A stretch of DNA of 64,000 bases from an uncultured Nitrososphaeraceae archaeon (GCA_963765895.1 CAVXZB010000073.1:49879-113878), one strand, 5' to 3'. Shown: positions 1 through 12,004, counted from the first letter of the stretch. Numbers and translations are program-made. The notes: generated from the letters alone by a model not told the origin.

Positions 1-311
1 ATATTGGAGAAATAAAGGATATATCTGATAATTACATTCGTTTAGAAAAGGGCACAATAAAGAAAAATAAGTTTTGGATTACAAAATATACTGCTGATGC
101 GTATGATGGCAAGCATCTGTGGCTGTTGATAAACGAGGAAGAAGTTCATTCAAAGCATGTATATGGAGATGAGTCACCTAGAGGAGTCGAATATGCAAAA
201 GGTTTCGAGTCCTTTAAGAGCTCGCCTTCAGGCCAGAAAGGTGAATATAGCCCCGGCTTTGAAGAAAGAATAAAGATTATAGAAAATTGTAAAATTAGAG
301 ATTTAAAATAA
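1..311 (+). CDS. Partial hypothetical protein, similar to the N-terminal domain of the YsnF-type protein at 913
   Basis: Frame upstream of ORF 126 reads GTIKKNKFWITKYTADAYDGKHLWL, resembling GFLNKEKFYIPKDQVESYDGDTLRF of ORF 913; 5' end is outside the window. Confidence 0.5.
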   Translation, partial: IGEIKDISDNYIRLEKGTIKKNKFWITKYTADAYDGKHLWLLINEEEVHSKHVYGDESPRGVEYAKGFESFKSSPSGQKGEYSPGFEERIKIIENCKIRDLK

Positions 312-362
312 ATAAAGCAATAGAAATAAACCAAAAGTTATCTTATTCTTTCGAACCGCAAT

Positions 363-400
363 TGTTATCTGTTATCTGTTATCTGTTAGCTGTTAGCTGT
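363..400. repeat. Heptamer tandem repeat (TGTTATC)3(TGTTAGC)2 between convergent genes
   Basis: Read directly from sequence. Confidence 0.85.
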
Positions 401-413
401 CCAATAATAACCC

Positions 414-749
414 TTAGCTGTTTGTCCCTGCCGCTCCTTGTTCGTAATCGTCACCAGTTTCAGTAGAGCCAGCCGTTCCTTCTGTCATTCCACTTCTCCT
501 TAGTCTTTCTTTAGGATCTTGACCTGAAGAAGAACCAGAACTTGAGGTATCATCTTGTCTTCTTACTGCAGTTGGTTCGTGTTCCTTTATCTTGGCTGGC
601 GACATTGGTTCATTTGCTTCATATTCCATAGTTGGATCGCTTTTTGTTGAACTAGTATAACTCACTTCTCTTTCTTTATTGTCGGATCCTACAGCCTTAT
701 CTTTAACATCTACAATTTTGTCTTTAACCTTTTTGGCAATATCGCTCAT
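414..749 (-). CDS. Hydrophilic low-complexity hypothetical protein (probable start MSDIAKKVKDK)
   Basis: ORF 414-845; the hydrophobic first ~33 codons look like non-coding extension. Confidence 0.55.
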   Translation of the reverse strand: MSDIAKKVKDKIVDVKDKAVGSDNKEREVSYTSSTKSDPTMEYEANEPMSPAKIKEHEPTAVRRQDDTSSSGSSSGQDPKERLRRSGMTEGTAGSTETGDDYEQGAAGTNS

Positions 750-912
750 TATTTTTACATAGATTTTATAGAATAATAAGGTTAATAATATTATACAAAA
801 ACTTCTATAATTATTATAAGGTATTAATATCTTAAGTAGTAGCAATATCTACTAGCAACATAGATTGGGATGATGTAATAAAAAAGAGGCACGAGGTAGC
901 GGAGATGAAGAT

Positions 913-1512
913 TTGGGAGAAGTGCAAGAAGTTGGTCCAAATTATGTCTTAGTACAGAAAGGATTCTTAAACAAAGAGAAATTCTATATTCCAAAGGACC
1001 AGGTGGAAAGCTACGATGGTGATACACTACGATTTAGAATATCTGAAACAGAGATGAAATCAAAATATATGGGAGAATATCCACCGTCGTCACTTACAGG
1101 TAAAACACAGAATACTGCTACTGATAAATCCAGAGTAGAGGAAACGACTGTTCCGGTAACAGAAGAAAGACGGGGTGTATCAAAAAGTCAATCTACAAAG
1201 GAAGCAACAATTACAAAAACACCTGTTACCGAGACAAAGACTGTGGAAGTGCCAGTAACACATGAAGAAGTCTCCGTAGAAAGAAGACCTGCTAGCGGAA
1301 CAACAGCAGCATCAGATAGACCTGTAGAATCTGAACAAGAAATTAGAGTTCCATTAAAGCAAGAACAAGTGCAGGTAACAAAGCAGCCATATGTAAAGGA
1401 GGAGGTAGCTATCAAGAAAGAACCAGTGACAGAGACTAAAATAGTAAGTGATCAAGTAACTAGTGAAGAAGTTAGAGTAAAAGGTACCAATAGAGAAGAC
1501 GAAGAACGATAA
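913..1512 (+). CDS. YsnF/AvaK (DUF2382) domain stress protein with PRC-barrel-like N-terminus
   Basis: VPVTEER, VEVPVTHEEVSVERRP, IRVPLKQEQVQVTKQPYVKEEV motifs; frame open upstream (IDWDDVIKKEARG), so the true start is uncertain. Confidence 0.8.
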   Translation: MGEVQEVGPNYVLVQKGFLNKEKFYIPKDQVESYDGDTLRFRISETEMKSKYMGEYPPSSLTGKTQNTATDKSRVEETTVPVTEERRGVSKSQSTKEATITKTPVTETKTVEVPVTHEEVSVERRPASGTTAASDRPVESEQEIRVPLKQEQVQVTKQPYVKEEVAIKKEPVTETKIVSDQVTSEEVRVKGTNREDEER

Positions 1513-1632
1513 AAATAGAAGCAGCCTTTAAATTTTTATCTTGTTTATTTATTGCAGCCCTTCAGAATAGTAACTTGTACTGTAGTTTGATCATAATTAT
1601 TCATAATCATAGCACGCACACAAGGGTATTCT

Positions 1633-2202
1633 ATGGCAAAAATTAGCGATATTTACCGGTGGTTGTACGGTCTGATAAGAGGCAGACCTACTAATTTTAA
1701 TTGGATTATTGAAAGGAAATTAGCTGGAAGTGGAGTACCAATGTCTAAAAGAGAAGCAAGATGGTTAATTAATACGCAAGGTATCAGAACCATTGTTACC
1801 ATAAAAGAAAAGCCTTTATCGCAAGAATGGCTTAACTATAACAATGGGGCAAATACTGGTGATAGCGACAGAAAGATTGACTATTTGCATATAAGTGTAC
1901 AAGACTATGGCACTCCATCATTAAAGGAGTTAGACTATGTAGTTAATTATATTAGTCAGCAAATTGATAGAACAAGACCAGTTATGGTACATTGTTCAGC
2001 AGGGAAAGGAAGAACAGGCACTATACTTGCTGCATACCACATCAAAAAAGAGAATGATATGACTGCAGATAAGGCTATCGGTAGATTAAGTAGGATTAGA
2101 GGAGAATCGATTCAGTCAAAAGATCAAGAAAAGATCTTGTTTGATTATGAAGAATACGTAAAGAACCAGCAGGATCAGAAAAAAGCAGATAGAAGATCGT
2201 GA
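1633..2202 (+). CDS. Dual-specificity protein phosphatase
   Basis: CX5R signature VHCSAGKGRTG; general-acid loop QDYGTP. Confidence 0.9.
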   Translation: MAKISDIYRWLYGLIRGRPTNFNWIIERKLAGSGVPMSKREARWLINTQGIRTIVTIKEKPLSQEWLNYNNGANTGDSDRKIDYLHISVQDYGTPSLKELDYVVNYISQQIDRTRPVMVHCSAGKGRTGTILAAYHIKKENDMTADKAIGRLSRIRGESIQSKDQEKILFDYEEYVKNQQDQKKADRRS

Positions 2203-3025
2203 TGGTACTTAAAGTGATATTTGATCTCATAATATATACTGGCTATTCGTATCTGTACGCACTGTTATGGTATTGATGCCAATTGTCAGGCAAACGGCAA
2301 CGAGCATCGACAACAGCCGAACATGCACTCGTTCCGCATCAATCTTGTTGGTAAAGGTATAGATGCAGTTCTAGTATGGTCGACTTCTTATTTTAGCGAT
2401 AGCCGTTTTATCCAATAACCATTTATTCTTTATTTTACTCATTTTACTTATCAAATTCCGCGAAACTTCGGGATATACAAATGCTACATTCTACAATATA
2501 CGATTGTTTTTACTATGATTGCAGGTGCCACGCGGGAATGAAATCATACTAAGAGTAAGTTGGATATTAGATTATGAATTTGGTTGACAGAGAACAAGGC
2601 ATAAGGCCCCATCTGCTTTTCAAATGTTCTTTTGCTATAACACTATCGCTAGGATTATAGTGCATAGACCTGACGCTAACCAAACTTGACATCATTGTGC
2701 TCTTTTTAAACACGCAGTAGTATCAAAATAAGAGGGCCAGATTCATCTAATACTTTTTCTTAATCTGACGGATAATCAGCGCCGTAGCAACTGCTGCAAC
2801 AGTCTTAAATGCTGTGTACAATAGCCATTTTTTCACTACCATTTCTAGACTATCACTGTCGTGCGATTATCCTTTGGACTTTTTTTAATATAACAGTTTT
2901 TCGTCATAGTGAGATGGTCATCGAAAGCCGGAGCTAAAACCACACTGGGCAATAAAAAAGGTCTACGGTTATTGGTTAGCGACCCGGAAAAAATGTGTAC
3001 GTCGATAACAATTTAAATCAAATTC

Positions 3026-3496
3026 TTATGATACTGCAATCTGTTTAGCCAATCTTGTACACAATTGTAGATGTCTTTTTTCTTCTCTGAGAATTGAATT
3101 AACTGTATTTGAAAATTGTTTGTTTTTGACCTTTTTTAATGCTAAGGCACTCAGAGCCTCATAGTGTGTCACTTCGCCACCTTCTGCAAGACACAAGAAT
3201 TCTATTGCTTCAGATGAATCAGGATCCTGGCTAAGATAAGTTTTCATCATCTCAGATGCTTTCTGTTCTGTTTCTTGAGCTGCTTCTTGTATTGTTGCAG
3301 AATTTAGTGATCCGGATAATTTCTGAACCAGCTGCTCAAGCTTTGATTGATGATTTCCTGCTTCCTTTTGCATATTCTTAAGCTTCGATAACATCCCTCT
3401 TTTATCTAGTAATCCCATTGAGGATAATTCTTGCACTGCATTTTGCGCGGCCATTTCCAAACCTAGACATTCTCCTAACTTTTGTTCAAATTTTTT
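3026..3496 (-). CDS. Ferritin-like (DUF892-like) protein, N-terminus apparently truncated
   Basis: ExxH motifs EAGNH and EEKRH, plus EGGEVTHY; upstream frame KKFEQKLGECLGLEMAAQ runs into the stop of the TMEM175 gene. Confidence 0.65.
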   Translation of the reverse strand, partial: KKFEQKLGECLGLEMAAQNAVQELSSMGLLDKRGMLSKLKNMQKEAGNHQSKLEQLVQKLSGSLNSATIQEAAQETEQKASEMMKTYLSQDPDSSEAIEFLCLAEGGEVTHYEALSALALKKVKNKQFSNTVNSILREEKRHLQLCTRLAKQIAVS

Positions 3497-4141
3497 CTAC
3501 AGAGAAGTATCTCTTGCAAAATATCTGTCTGGGACGAGCTCTGGAATTAGAACTAGTAACAAAAGAAACCAACTAACGGGTAGATATATGAATGAAAATA
3601 TTATTGCTACTGAGTACGTTAATGTTGTGGCTACTATCCGTCTACCAGATCTTTTCCCAATCAAAACAGGTACTGTCTTGTCAAGTAATTCTGGATTCTG
3701 TTTAGTATAATAGTATAGTGCATATACTATTGCGCCAGCAAGAACCGCATTGAATGAATACACAAAGATCGAAATTTGCTGGCCTAAATATTGTGTAAGT
3801 AAAGTAGTTGAAAAAGGTATAAACCCAATAGTCATTAGGAATGAGATATTTATCCAAATCAAAGGACGGTCTACATAGAGTATCCAGCGAAAAATTCTAT
3901 GATGTGTAATCCAGAAAACTCCAAGGGTTGTAAAGCTAATTATGTAAGCTAAGATATCCGGCCATAAACTAGCAAATCTATGAGAAAGTCTCTCTTGAGC
4001 GTGCTGTCCCTCTGCGAATAATATGAGTTCAGGTACGCTAATATTAAACACTAATATTGTCATAAGGATTGCAAATACTCCGTCTGTAAGCGTCTCAAGC
4101 CGTCCCTTACTAAAAATTAAACCCTTTCTTTCGGTATCCAT
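3497..4141 (-). CDS. TMEM175 family potassium channel (DUF1211)
   Basis: RLETLTDGVFAILMTILV and FWITHHRIF motifs; about six TM segments. Confidence 0.9.
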   Translation of the reverse strand: MDTERKGLIFSKGRLETLTDGVFAILMTILVFNISVPELILFAEGQHAQERLSHRFASLWPDILAYIISFTTLGVFWITHHRIFRWILYVDRPLIWINISFLMTIGFIPFSTTLLTQYLGQQISIFVYSFNAVLAGAIVYALYYYTKQNPELLDKTVPVLIGKRSGRRIVATTLTYSVAIIFSFIYLPVSWFLLLLVLIPELVPDRYFARDTSL

Positions 4142-4379
4142 TCTAAGTCAGTCAATTGATAGACAACTACGACAAGTTTGATAAATATTAAAAGAATATT
4201 CGGATTCGAAATATATGCACAAATCGATGACTACGTAAAATGATACTTATTAATAAATCATTAGTCAAAATAATTATTTGTCGTCAGTATTCAGATTGGT
4301 TTAGAAATTAATAAGCGATGCAGACAGGTGTTCAATATGTATCTGCCTATCTGCAATCCAACTCATGCGCTTGATCTTG

Positions 4380-5014
4380 TGCGGAGTTCACTTGTTAAGA
4401 TCTTATGTTATTTCCATTACTGTCCAGCCTTGACCATTGTTAACTTGTGTCGGTCCTTGGATACATTTTGCGTGAGCCTGTGACAAGTCATTCTTGCTCC
4501 GGTAATGTTAGTAAATGAAAAGTAGAGCATTTAACCATCATGCTGGAGCTATGAGCGCTGCGCCTGAAGAAGCTCCATCGTCTGCCAAGACTGCGGTTTT
4601 ACCTTTAATTATAATATTGTATATAGAACTGGAATTGTCCTTACTACTATTACTTCGATAAAGTGAATGTCTCTGTTTTATTTCCTCAATCTGTCCGGAT
4701 TTAGCCTCATCTATATATTCTGAAGAAACATTCAGTACTCTGATACGTTTTGTCATTCAAATATGTAGTGCCATCTTCCATTGCCGCACCTATAGCTAGT
4801 TCTTCGTTGTGATGTACTGCTATTTTTCTTCGAATTACAATATCAAAGGATTCCATTAAGCTTTCGTGTAATAAATGTCTGCAGTTACTACTTCACCTCG
4901 TGGTATGCCTAAAACAACTATCTTATCCTTATCCCTATTTTCCTTTTTTATTACAACCTTAGCTAGTACATTTGCTAGCCCATTCGATTCTTGAATCTTT
5001 ACATGAAATACCAT
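4380..5014 (-). pseudogene. Phosphoribosyltransferase pseudogene
   Basis: Fragments IVVLGIPRGEVV, HNEELAIGA and PRPP-loop-like VLADDGASSGA in different frames. Confidence 0.7.
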
Positions 5015-5141
5015 TAGTAGGAGGGATAAACGAACTGCAACTTGCGCTGCTTATAAACCGATAAATCTAGGCACTAATAACTATCAGAAATATAATTACG
5101 ATAATCAAACTGATAATAAGAAGAATAATAGAAATATAGAT

Positions 5142-5498
5142 ATGAGCATAGGGCTGGGAGAAGAGAAAAAATCAAGGTCTAAGACGAAGGATCAAAAGGA
5201 AGAAAAACCATCTTTGCCAAAAGAAGATGTCATATCATCACGGCCGCTTCAATTAGAAGTATTTGATTCGTCTAGTGATAATGCGATGTCAGAAATGAAA
5301 AAAGTAGCAGACATGGGACCAGATGAGATAACTAAGGTATTTCTAGATGTAGATGGAAATCAACGTCTTGATCCTTTAACTACAAGTATCAATGATATTA
5401 TTAAAAAAGCCGATTCTGACCCCACTAGTTCTCACAGATGGTGGAGCCTACCTTACAGGAGAGAGATCCTGGCTCAAAATCATAACAATATAATATAA
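5142..5498 (+). CDS. Hypothetical protein, possibly frameshifted at the C-terminus
   Basis: 118-aa ORF, no recognised motif. Confidence 0.4.
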   Translation: MSIGLGEEKKSRSKTKDQKEEKPSLPKEDVISSRPLQLEVFDSSSDNAMSEMKKVADMGPDEITKVFLDVDGNQRLDPLTTSINDIIKKADSDPTSSHRWWSLPYRREILAQNHNNII

Positions 5499-5859
5499 GC
5501 CCAAAACAGAATGCGACATCCGAAGTTTCTGAAGTTCAGAGTGACTCAACCGACCGAGATTATTTAGAAGAATCAGCTACGATTTATGATAGCGAGAATA
5601 AAGTATTACAATCTAGTTCTTCAAATAATGATATTTATAACCCGTTCATCTCAGGAATAAAATTTTGGTAAGCCCATAGTATTGCATGGATAAATGCATA
5701 TGATCAATTCTTGAAATCTTGGATTGACAATATTAGATTATCTCAGATACCAAGTTAAACAACTGATTCACTTCAGGATGCTGTCGAGGAATTGAACCAG
5801 TAAATCCGCCCATATCTAGTTGCAATGTCAGCTACATATGTCATATTATCGCTGATGTC

Positions 5860-6108
5860 TTAAAAGTTAAACAAGTCACCAAAAAATCCTCTGCTTCTTC
5901 TTCTGTTATCATAATAGTCATCAACATACTCTCCATTTCTATAATGGTAATTGTTATAATGTTCGTCTTCGTAGCTACTTTGGATTTGGGCTATCTTGTC
6001 TATCTCCCCTCTGTCTAACCACACTCCTTTGCAAGAAGGACAGTAATCAACAAACGCCCCGTACCTTTGCATTAGCTGCATTTGAGTTGAACATTTTGGA
6101 CATTGCAT
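5860..6108 (-). CDS. zf-TFIIB-like zinc-ribbon protein
   Basis: CPKC...DYCPSCKGVWLDRGEIDKI and C-terminal GFFGDLF. Confidence 0.85.
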   Translation of the reverse strand: MQCPKCSTQMQLMQRYGAFVDYCPSCKGVWLDRGEIDKIAQIQSSYEDEHYNNYHYRNGEYVDDYYDNRRRSRGFFGDLFNF

Positions 6109-6761
6109 GTTTGAATATTTATCGCCTCTTTTGTTATTACGTAAAGAAAAGGTGCCGTTTAAGATTAATGTTTGCCTTGCCTTGCTTTTTCTTTTATTTT
6201 GTTTTGTTTTGCATGGTTCTACTATCTATCTTATTTCATCCGATAATTCATCAGGGATTCTTTTGACAGTTGAAAGATACTTGACTTTATCGTAGACCAC
6301 ACTTATGAGCAGGACAGCCTCAAGCTATATGTCTATCTATTTTTGAGATGAGTTCGTAGAGTCTCTTTAATTTGATCCAAGAAACAATGCACTCGAATAC
6401 GAATCATCATATGAATTCAGATATTTTCATAGGTTATCTGGCATAAGTATATTCTGTTAAACCGTCTTTCATTATGAATCTAGTTCTTGTAACCTAGAGT
6501 GTGTAGTTCGCCGGCGAAATGCGCATCGATTGTCAGTAGGAATTTTAGTATATAAAAAAGAATATTAACTGATTATGATCCCTTAAACATTTGTTGCCGG
6601 CGAATATGAATCATCATCTCGTCAGCTTCGTGTAGGCAGACTGATCACATCGCGGCGTACTCGAGGTACAACAAAGTTGTTCTCCATGTTAGACTTCATT
6701 ATATAACAATAGGACATGGAGACACACAAGGCCGGCGAACAACATATTTCCTTCGTCATGA

Positions 6762-7004
6762 TTATGATGAGCCTAAAGCATTTAGCTTCTCTTCAATGGC
6801 TTCAAATCTTTTATTTGAATATTCTTGACGTTCGGTCCTAATTCTGATTCCTTTTCCATCTTTCAAATCTTTTGTGTATATGCGCATTAGAGCATTTTCT
6901 CCATCTTCCCAAGCAACTTCAAATTCCTTGCCGGCATATTCGACAAGAGAATCTTGCCGAAATGCCACATTGTAACAATCCAAGAGTTGTGGTTTGTGAT
7001 ACAA
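6762..7004 (-). CDS. Hypothetical protein fragment of the left mobile element
   Basis: 80-aa ORF; context only. Confidence 0.35.
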   Translation of the reverse strand: MYHKPQLLDCYNVAFRQDSLVEYAGKEFEVAWEDGENALMRIYTKDLKDGKGIRIRTERQEYSNKRFEAIEEKLNALGSS

Positions 7005-8349
7005 CTAGGTGATGGTTGGCATGTTGTATGTGGGCAGCCTGTTACTAGATCTGATATTTTCCCTGACCTGATGTCAGGATATTTGACAATCCGATAAGAC
7101 CTCCATGATCAACTACTACTGGCTTCATAGAACACGATATGATGATGATACTGATGAGAGTGAATGAACTATTATAAGGAATATTTGTGCGCACTCATAT
7201 CCAATCTACTATGTATAGAGTTTAGTCTCCAACGTCTATGTTTTTATGAAGTGCATTATATTAAACGCATAAGCGCCGGCGAAATACATCATCTAATATG
7301 AATACAACTATAATAATACAACGGACAAAGAATCGAATAGAGGCTATATCGGATGTCTTATGTTTTATAATCATAGTATACAAAAAAGAATATTGGAATT
7401 ACTGTTTTGACAGCGAATCAATCTTTTGTCCTAACTGTAGGACCATATTCATTAAATCCTTGATCGTCCTAACAGGCATTATTATACTATCTAATGCTTT
7501 GGGTAAGGGAAAATCCAGGGTCAATGACTTCTCTCCCCTGCAAACAGCCCTATCATGCAACGATTTAATGTACATTCTGAATACCTGACCTGCGTGTTTT
7601 AATTGGATATCTGGTAGATGTAATTGAGCTTTCTCGTTTATTTCAACATCTCTATTAAGATCACATCCCTTTAGAATCCAGTCTGTAATTACTGGAACTT
7701 CTCTTTCTCGAATATCTATTACAAGATGTATCAATCTGTCTCTGACTTGTCCAAAGAATGAGAATAATATAGCCTCGTCTTCATCCGTTTCTAGTCTGAA
7801 GGGTGTATCGCTACTTCGAACTGCAATTTCAACTCGTCCATTAGGAGAGAAGGTATAAGTGACGTGCCTTCGTCCTATGTGTTCCTCATGGCGTTTAGCT
7901 CGGTTTATTGGTTCGACTTTGTTTGCCAATCTTTGGTAGCAATCCTTGTCAATGGATAACATCAGTTGTAGCCTGTGAATGTGCAGTTGTGCAAATGGCA
8001 GCTGGATTAATACATCAAAGAAGCTTTGAGCCTTTTGGTATCCAAGAACGCTGGATAGGGCATTACCATAGTTTGAGACGTTCGATAGGTTACTGTTAGA
8101 TAGGTTAGACACCGTGGGTTCAACTAGTACACTTGATCTATTCTTGAGATCTTCAATTATATCAGCCTTGAAACATGAAGGGAAGTATTGTTGCGGATTG
8201 GTATTTTCTATAAGGTAGATTCCTTGAGAATTGAGATCTCCTGCAGTAAATAATATGCAGCCATCACGAAAATGCTTCAGGCTTCTTTGAGCATGACTTT
8301 TTCTAAGTGAAAACCTTTGTAGTAGATCTTCAAATGTTATACCCTTTCC

Positions 8350-9300
8350 GGCTGTGTAGAAACCATCTCATACAGTCAAAGCTTTGTAAGAGTATAATAC
8401 CAATAGTCTATTGAAAGAATCAATGTACGTCAGACTTGCAGGTACTATGTTCCGTGTTTTGAAGCATGCAAGGATTCCTCTATTTTCTAACAGGAAAAGT
8501 AATCACATATTTACAATATGGCAGCACATAGTTCTAGTTGCTATACGACAGTATGAAGGTAAGAGTTATAGAATGTTTGTCGAGTGGTTAATTGAAGCCT
8601 ATTACCTAAGGTCATTTCTACGGTTGTCACGTATTCCTCATTTTACAACATTGCAAAAGTTTACAGATAGAATTAATAATTCATTGCTTGAAAAGATAAT
8701 TTCATCATTCATTGTGATTAGCGGTACCACGCATATCTTTGCAGGAATAGATTCAACAGGATTTAAGATAACTCATGCATCACAATATTATACTGATCGA
8801 ACAGAATTGAGAAGAAAATATGCGAAATTATCTATTGGAGTAGATGTATTACAACAAATCATAATATGTACAATTAAGATAAGACGAGCTCCAACAAGGC
8901 ATGATAATGTAGATTTCAGGCCAATTATAACAAGGACATCAAATATTCTTCCATTATCTGTAGTTACAGCTGATAAGGGTTACGATAGTGAAGATAATCA
9001 CCTTCTCGTAAGAGAGGACTTACATGCATTCAGTATTATTCCTGCTCGATATGAACATGTACCGATGTGGAGAACACATGGTAAGTACAGAAAGCAGATG
9101 AAGCGTGGTTACTCCAAATTGCTGTACAATCAACGAAACAAAGATGAAACCATAATATCAGTCATAAAACGACTATTTGGAGAGAATCTTATGTCTAGAT
9201 TGACTAGAATGCAGAACAGAGAGTTATCATTTAGATGTATCACCTACAATATGCATAGACTGACTAATCTTGTAATATTGATGGTGTTTTCTACATAGCC
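8350..9300 (+). mobile_element. IS5-family insertion sequence (951 bp), intact
   Basis: TIRs GGCTGTGTAGAAA / TTTCTACATAGCC; perfect 9-bp TSD ACCCTTTCC at 8341-8349 and 9301-9309. Confidence 0.95.
8411..9298 (+). CDS. IS5-family DDE transposase
   Basis: IDSTG, ADKGYDS, YNQRNKDETIISVIKR motifs. Confidence 0.95.
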   Translation: MKESMYVRLAGTMFRVLKHARIPLFSNRKSNHIFTIWQHIVLVAIRQYEGKSYRMFVEWLIEAYYLRSFLRLSRIPHFTTLQKFTDRINNSLLEKIISSFIVISGTTHIFAGIDSTGFKITHASQYYTDRTELRRKYAKLSIGVDVLQQIIICTIKIRRAPTRHDNVDFRPIITRTSNILPLSVVTADKGYDSEDNHLLVREDLHAFSIIPARYEHVPMWRTHGKYRKQMKRGYSKLLYNQRNKDETIISVIKRLFGENLMSRLTRMQNRELSFRCITYNMHRLTNLVILMVFST

Positions 9301-9477
9301 ACCCTTTCCATAAGATCGATACTTTTCAGTAGCGAGGTCTTCAATTGTGTCTCTTGTTACCCGTCGGCTAGCTATTGGTACATGTGCTACTTGGTGATTT
9401 GGTACATTTAATTTGTAATCAGGTATTACACTCTTTCCTAGTTGGGGATATGAATAACCGTTACCAGCAGCCATATA

Positions 9478-10120
9478 CTAATTTGTCTTGAAATTGTCCG
9501 GTACCACTCTTACCATGGTCCCACTCTTATCAAAAATCATGTAGCAGAAGTACTTGCTGTCAACCATGGCCTCTTCGATTTCGTTATACCTCTCCTTAGG
9601 AATTTTAAACTCCATTTCGGTAGAAGCAATCTGATCGCCCATGACCATTGCTGTTTGCCTCTTTAATGCCTCCTTTAATTCTCTATTTTCCTCATATAAT
9701 TCATGATCGGGATCTATGTTGTCAATCGATGTTTCATAACCTTGTCTTTCAAACCCTCTTGAATTTGGTACATCTATCGATATATTTTCTCTATTAGTAT
9801 TAGAAAAAATTATTATTCTCCGTGTCACGGTTGATTAGTAATACGCTTCCATCTCTATTATCTACTATGTCTATTACCTTGCTCTCTTGAACCTTATTAT
9901 TCTCTACTTTTTTCAAAAGCTAATTGAGTTCGCTTTTGGACCTGTAGCTTCTTTTATATTCTTGTGGAAGGCATTCTTCAATCCACTTTACAGTAATTTT
10001 GTGATCTCTTATCTTATCTGCCAATAATTTTTTGATCTTTGCGGATATTTCATTTTTCTTGCACTTGCCTGCCTCATCTAACCTTCTTGCTAGTTCTTGT
10101 ATCAAAGTTTTGGCCCGCAC
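9478..10120 (-). pseudogene. Hypothetical mobile-element protein in fragments (ORFs 9920-10120 and 9478-9828)
   Basis: Co-oriented ORFs between the integrase and the HTH gene; joining them is inferred. Confidence 0.4.
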
Positions 10121-10611
10121 AAAGTTACTATTAATATGATCTATTAGAGATCTTAAGTCTGCAATTATCTCGTCAAGGGCGAACTCTTCATCACTCAGTT
10201 TTAATCCTCACCTAGTTTCTTCATAAGCTCTAAAAGCACGATCCACAACAGAATCCAGTGTCATCTTGAGTAGACCCTCAGCCGGTGGTAATGCTATACT
10301 TTTTGTTTTATTCTTGGATTTATCTCTGGCTGGGACATCTGATCCACGTTCCTATATCGCCTCTGGTCCTTATTTCATTCAGTTTCATATAATATTATCT
10401 CGAATAGAGAGTAGTAGTATTCAGAATTTATAGTTTGCGAATAGTCTCTATTTGTCACATATACATGGTATATGTATGTTTATATATGTTTCTATAAATA
10501 GTTCTATTTTACAATAGCCTACATCTTTCCCATAAGGTAGAACATAGAATGGATGACGCCTGCGAAGCCATATCGATGTAATCCAAATAGTGATCATTCT
10601 TAGAATTAGAT

Positions 10612-12004
10612 TTAATGTGCTTTCACGGCTTCTGCGAGTCTGATCGGATCTCTTAGCAGATCTAGAATTTCCTTATATGCTTCTTGCATTGCTGTCATCT
10701 GTTCCCTTAGATTTTTTACCCTTGTTTTCTCTTCTTCGATCTTTCCTTCTAATACCCTTAATCCTTCCTGATACTCATCTTGTAGGACTTTGAACTTTGC
10801 GTCTTCGGCCGATTTAATTTCGTCATAAGATTCAGGAGATAGTGGATAAGAACACTTTGAACATACTTTATTATCAATTGCATTTACATCGTCACAACGT
10901 GGACAGACAAGGATTTGGCGTCTCTTCTTTATTTGATCCTCAATAATGATTCCCGAATGTACAAGTATCTTTTGTTTTAACTCATCACCCATCCTTGTCT
11001 TAATGTATCTAGATGGCTCGCTTTGAATTCATGCTCCATCTTGCCTTTTTCTTTAGAGCATAGTCTGGGAGATAGTCGCTATCAGAAGTAATAGCCGAAT
11101 GACGAATACAATATGGATTCCACTTTTTTGTCATAAGAAGATAATCTAATTTCTGTTGTTCTTTGGCATCTGTAATGCAACCACTATCACGAGGACGGAC
11201 TATCCTTTCTTTAAGGCATTTCATCATTGTCCACAACGCTTCAGGCTTAACTGGCGCTCCAGTCATAAGATTGCAAATTAACCTGGAGTCAGGTTGATTC
11301 CTGAATGGATGTTCGTTAAGCCAATCTCTAACATACGGAAACGAACAAGTTAGTATGACTGGCCCAGATCCAGTCTTGGATTGATGTGGTATTTCACCTT
11401 CTCCATATTTTTCTTTTAGTCTGATATGTCTTAGTCTTAATAGAGTTATCTCATGGTTGCGCCCACTTAGATCCCACATTAAAGCCAGGGCCGCTTTGTT
11501 CCGCTTATGAGGCTCGTACTTTATGATGGTCTGAAGTTCATCTAGCTCCCAAATCTCGTTCTCCCCATATGGACTTAGTCTCTTAGTTTTCTTTTTTCTA
11601 ATCTGAGCAAATGATGGGGTCTCCCATTCTGATGGGCTAGAGTTAGGTTCTAGGGCCTGGTCTAGCCTTAGCTTGTAATTGTGTAACCATCTAAACAGAT
11701 ACTTTAAATCTCCAAGGTAATCATTCCAAGTTGTTATCCATCTCTTGTCTGGGTCAGTAACATTATCCTTTATCTTTGTATCCAGAAAGTCAGTAATCTT
11801 ATCCTTTGTTCTAATATCATAAAATGATCGGTCAGGACCTAAGTAGCGTGCAAATGCTATCGCTGTCTCCAAGGTATTATTACAGTGGCTTTCAGATGCA
11901 CCTGTTGACTTCATAAAGGCATAAAGCCCATCCAGCAGATCAGCATTAGTGGAATTTGGCATTGAGGATATCTTTGACAATGTTGTACTCAGTCTAACAG
12001 GCAC
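10612..12004 (-). CDS. Tyrosine recombinase/integrase with C-terminal zinc ribbon (~463 aa; one +1 frameshift near 11020)
   Basis: SGRNHEI (R), SKTG (K), PYCIRHS, RWS; removing one base restores NSKxPSRYIKTRMGDELK with the catalytic Tyr; CPRC...CSKC ribbon. Confidence 0.85.

Larger units (their letters stand above)
7399..9474 (-). pseudogene. 371-aa HTH-containing mobile-element protein interrupted by an IS5-family element
   Basis: Removing IS 8350-9300 and one TSD joins 9474-9301 (58 aa) in frame to 8340-7399 (313 aa): ...KYRSYGKG|ITFEDLLQRFSLRKSHAQRSLKHF... Confidence 0.8.
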
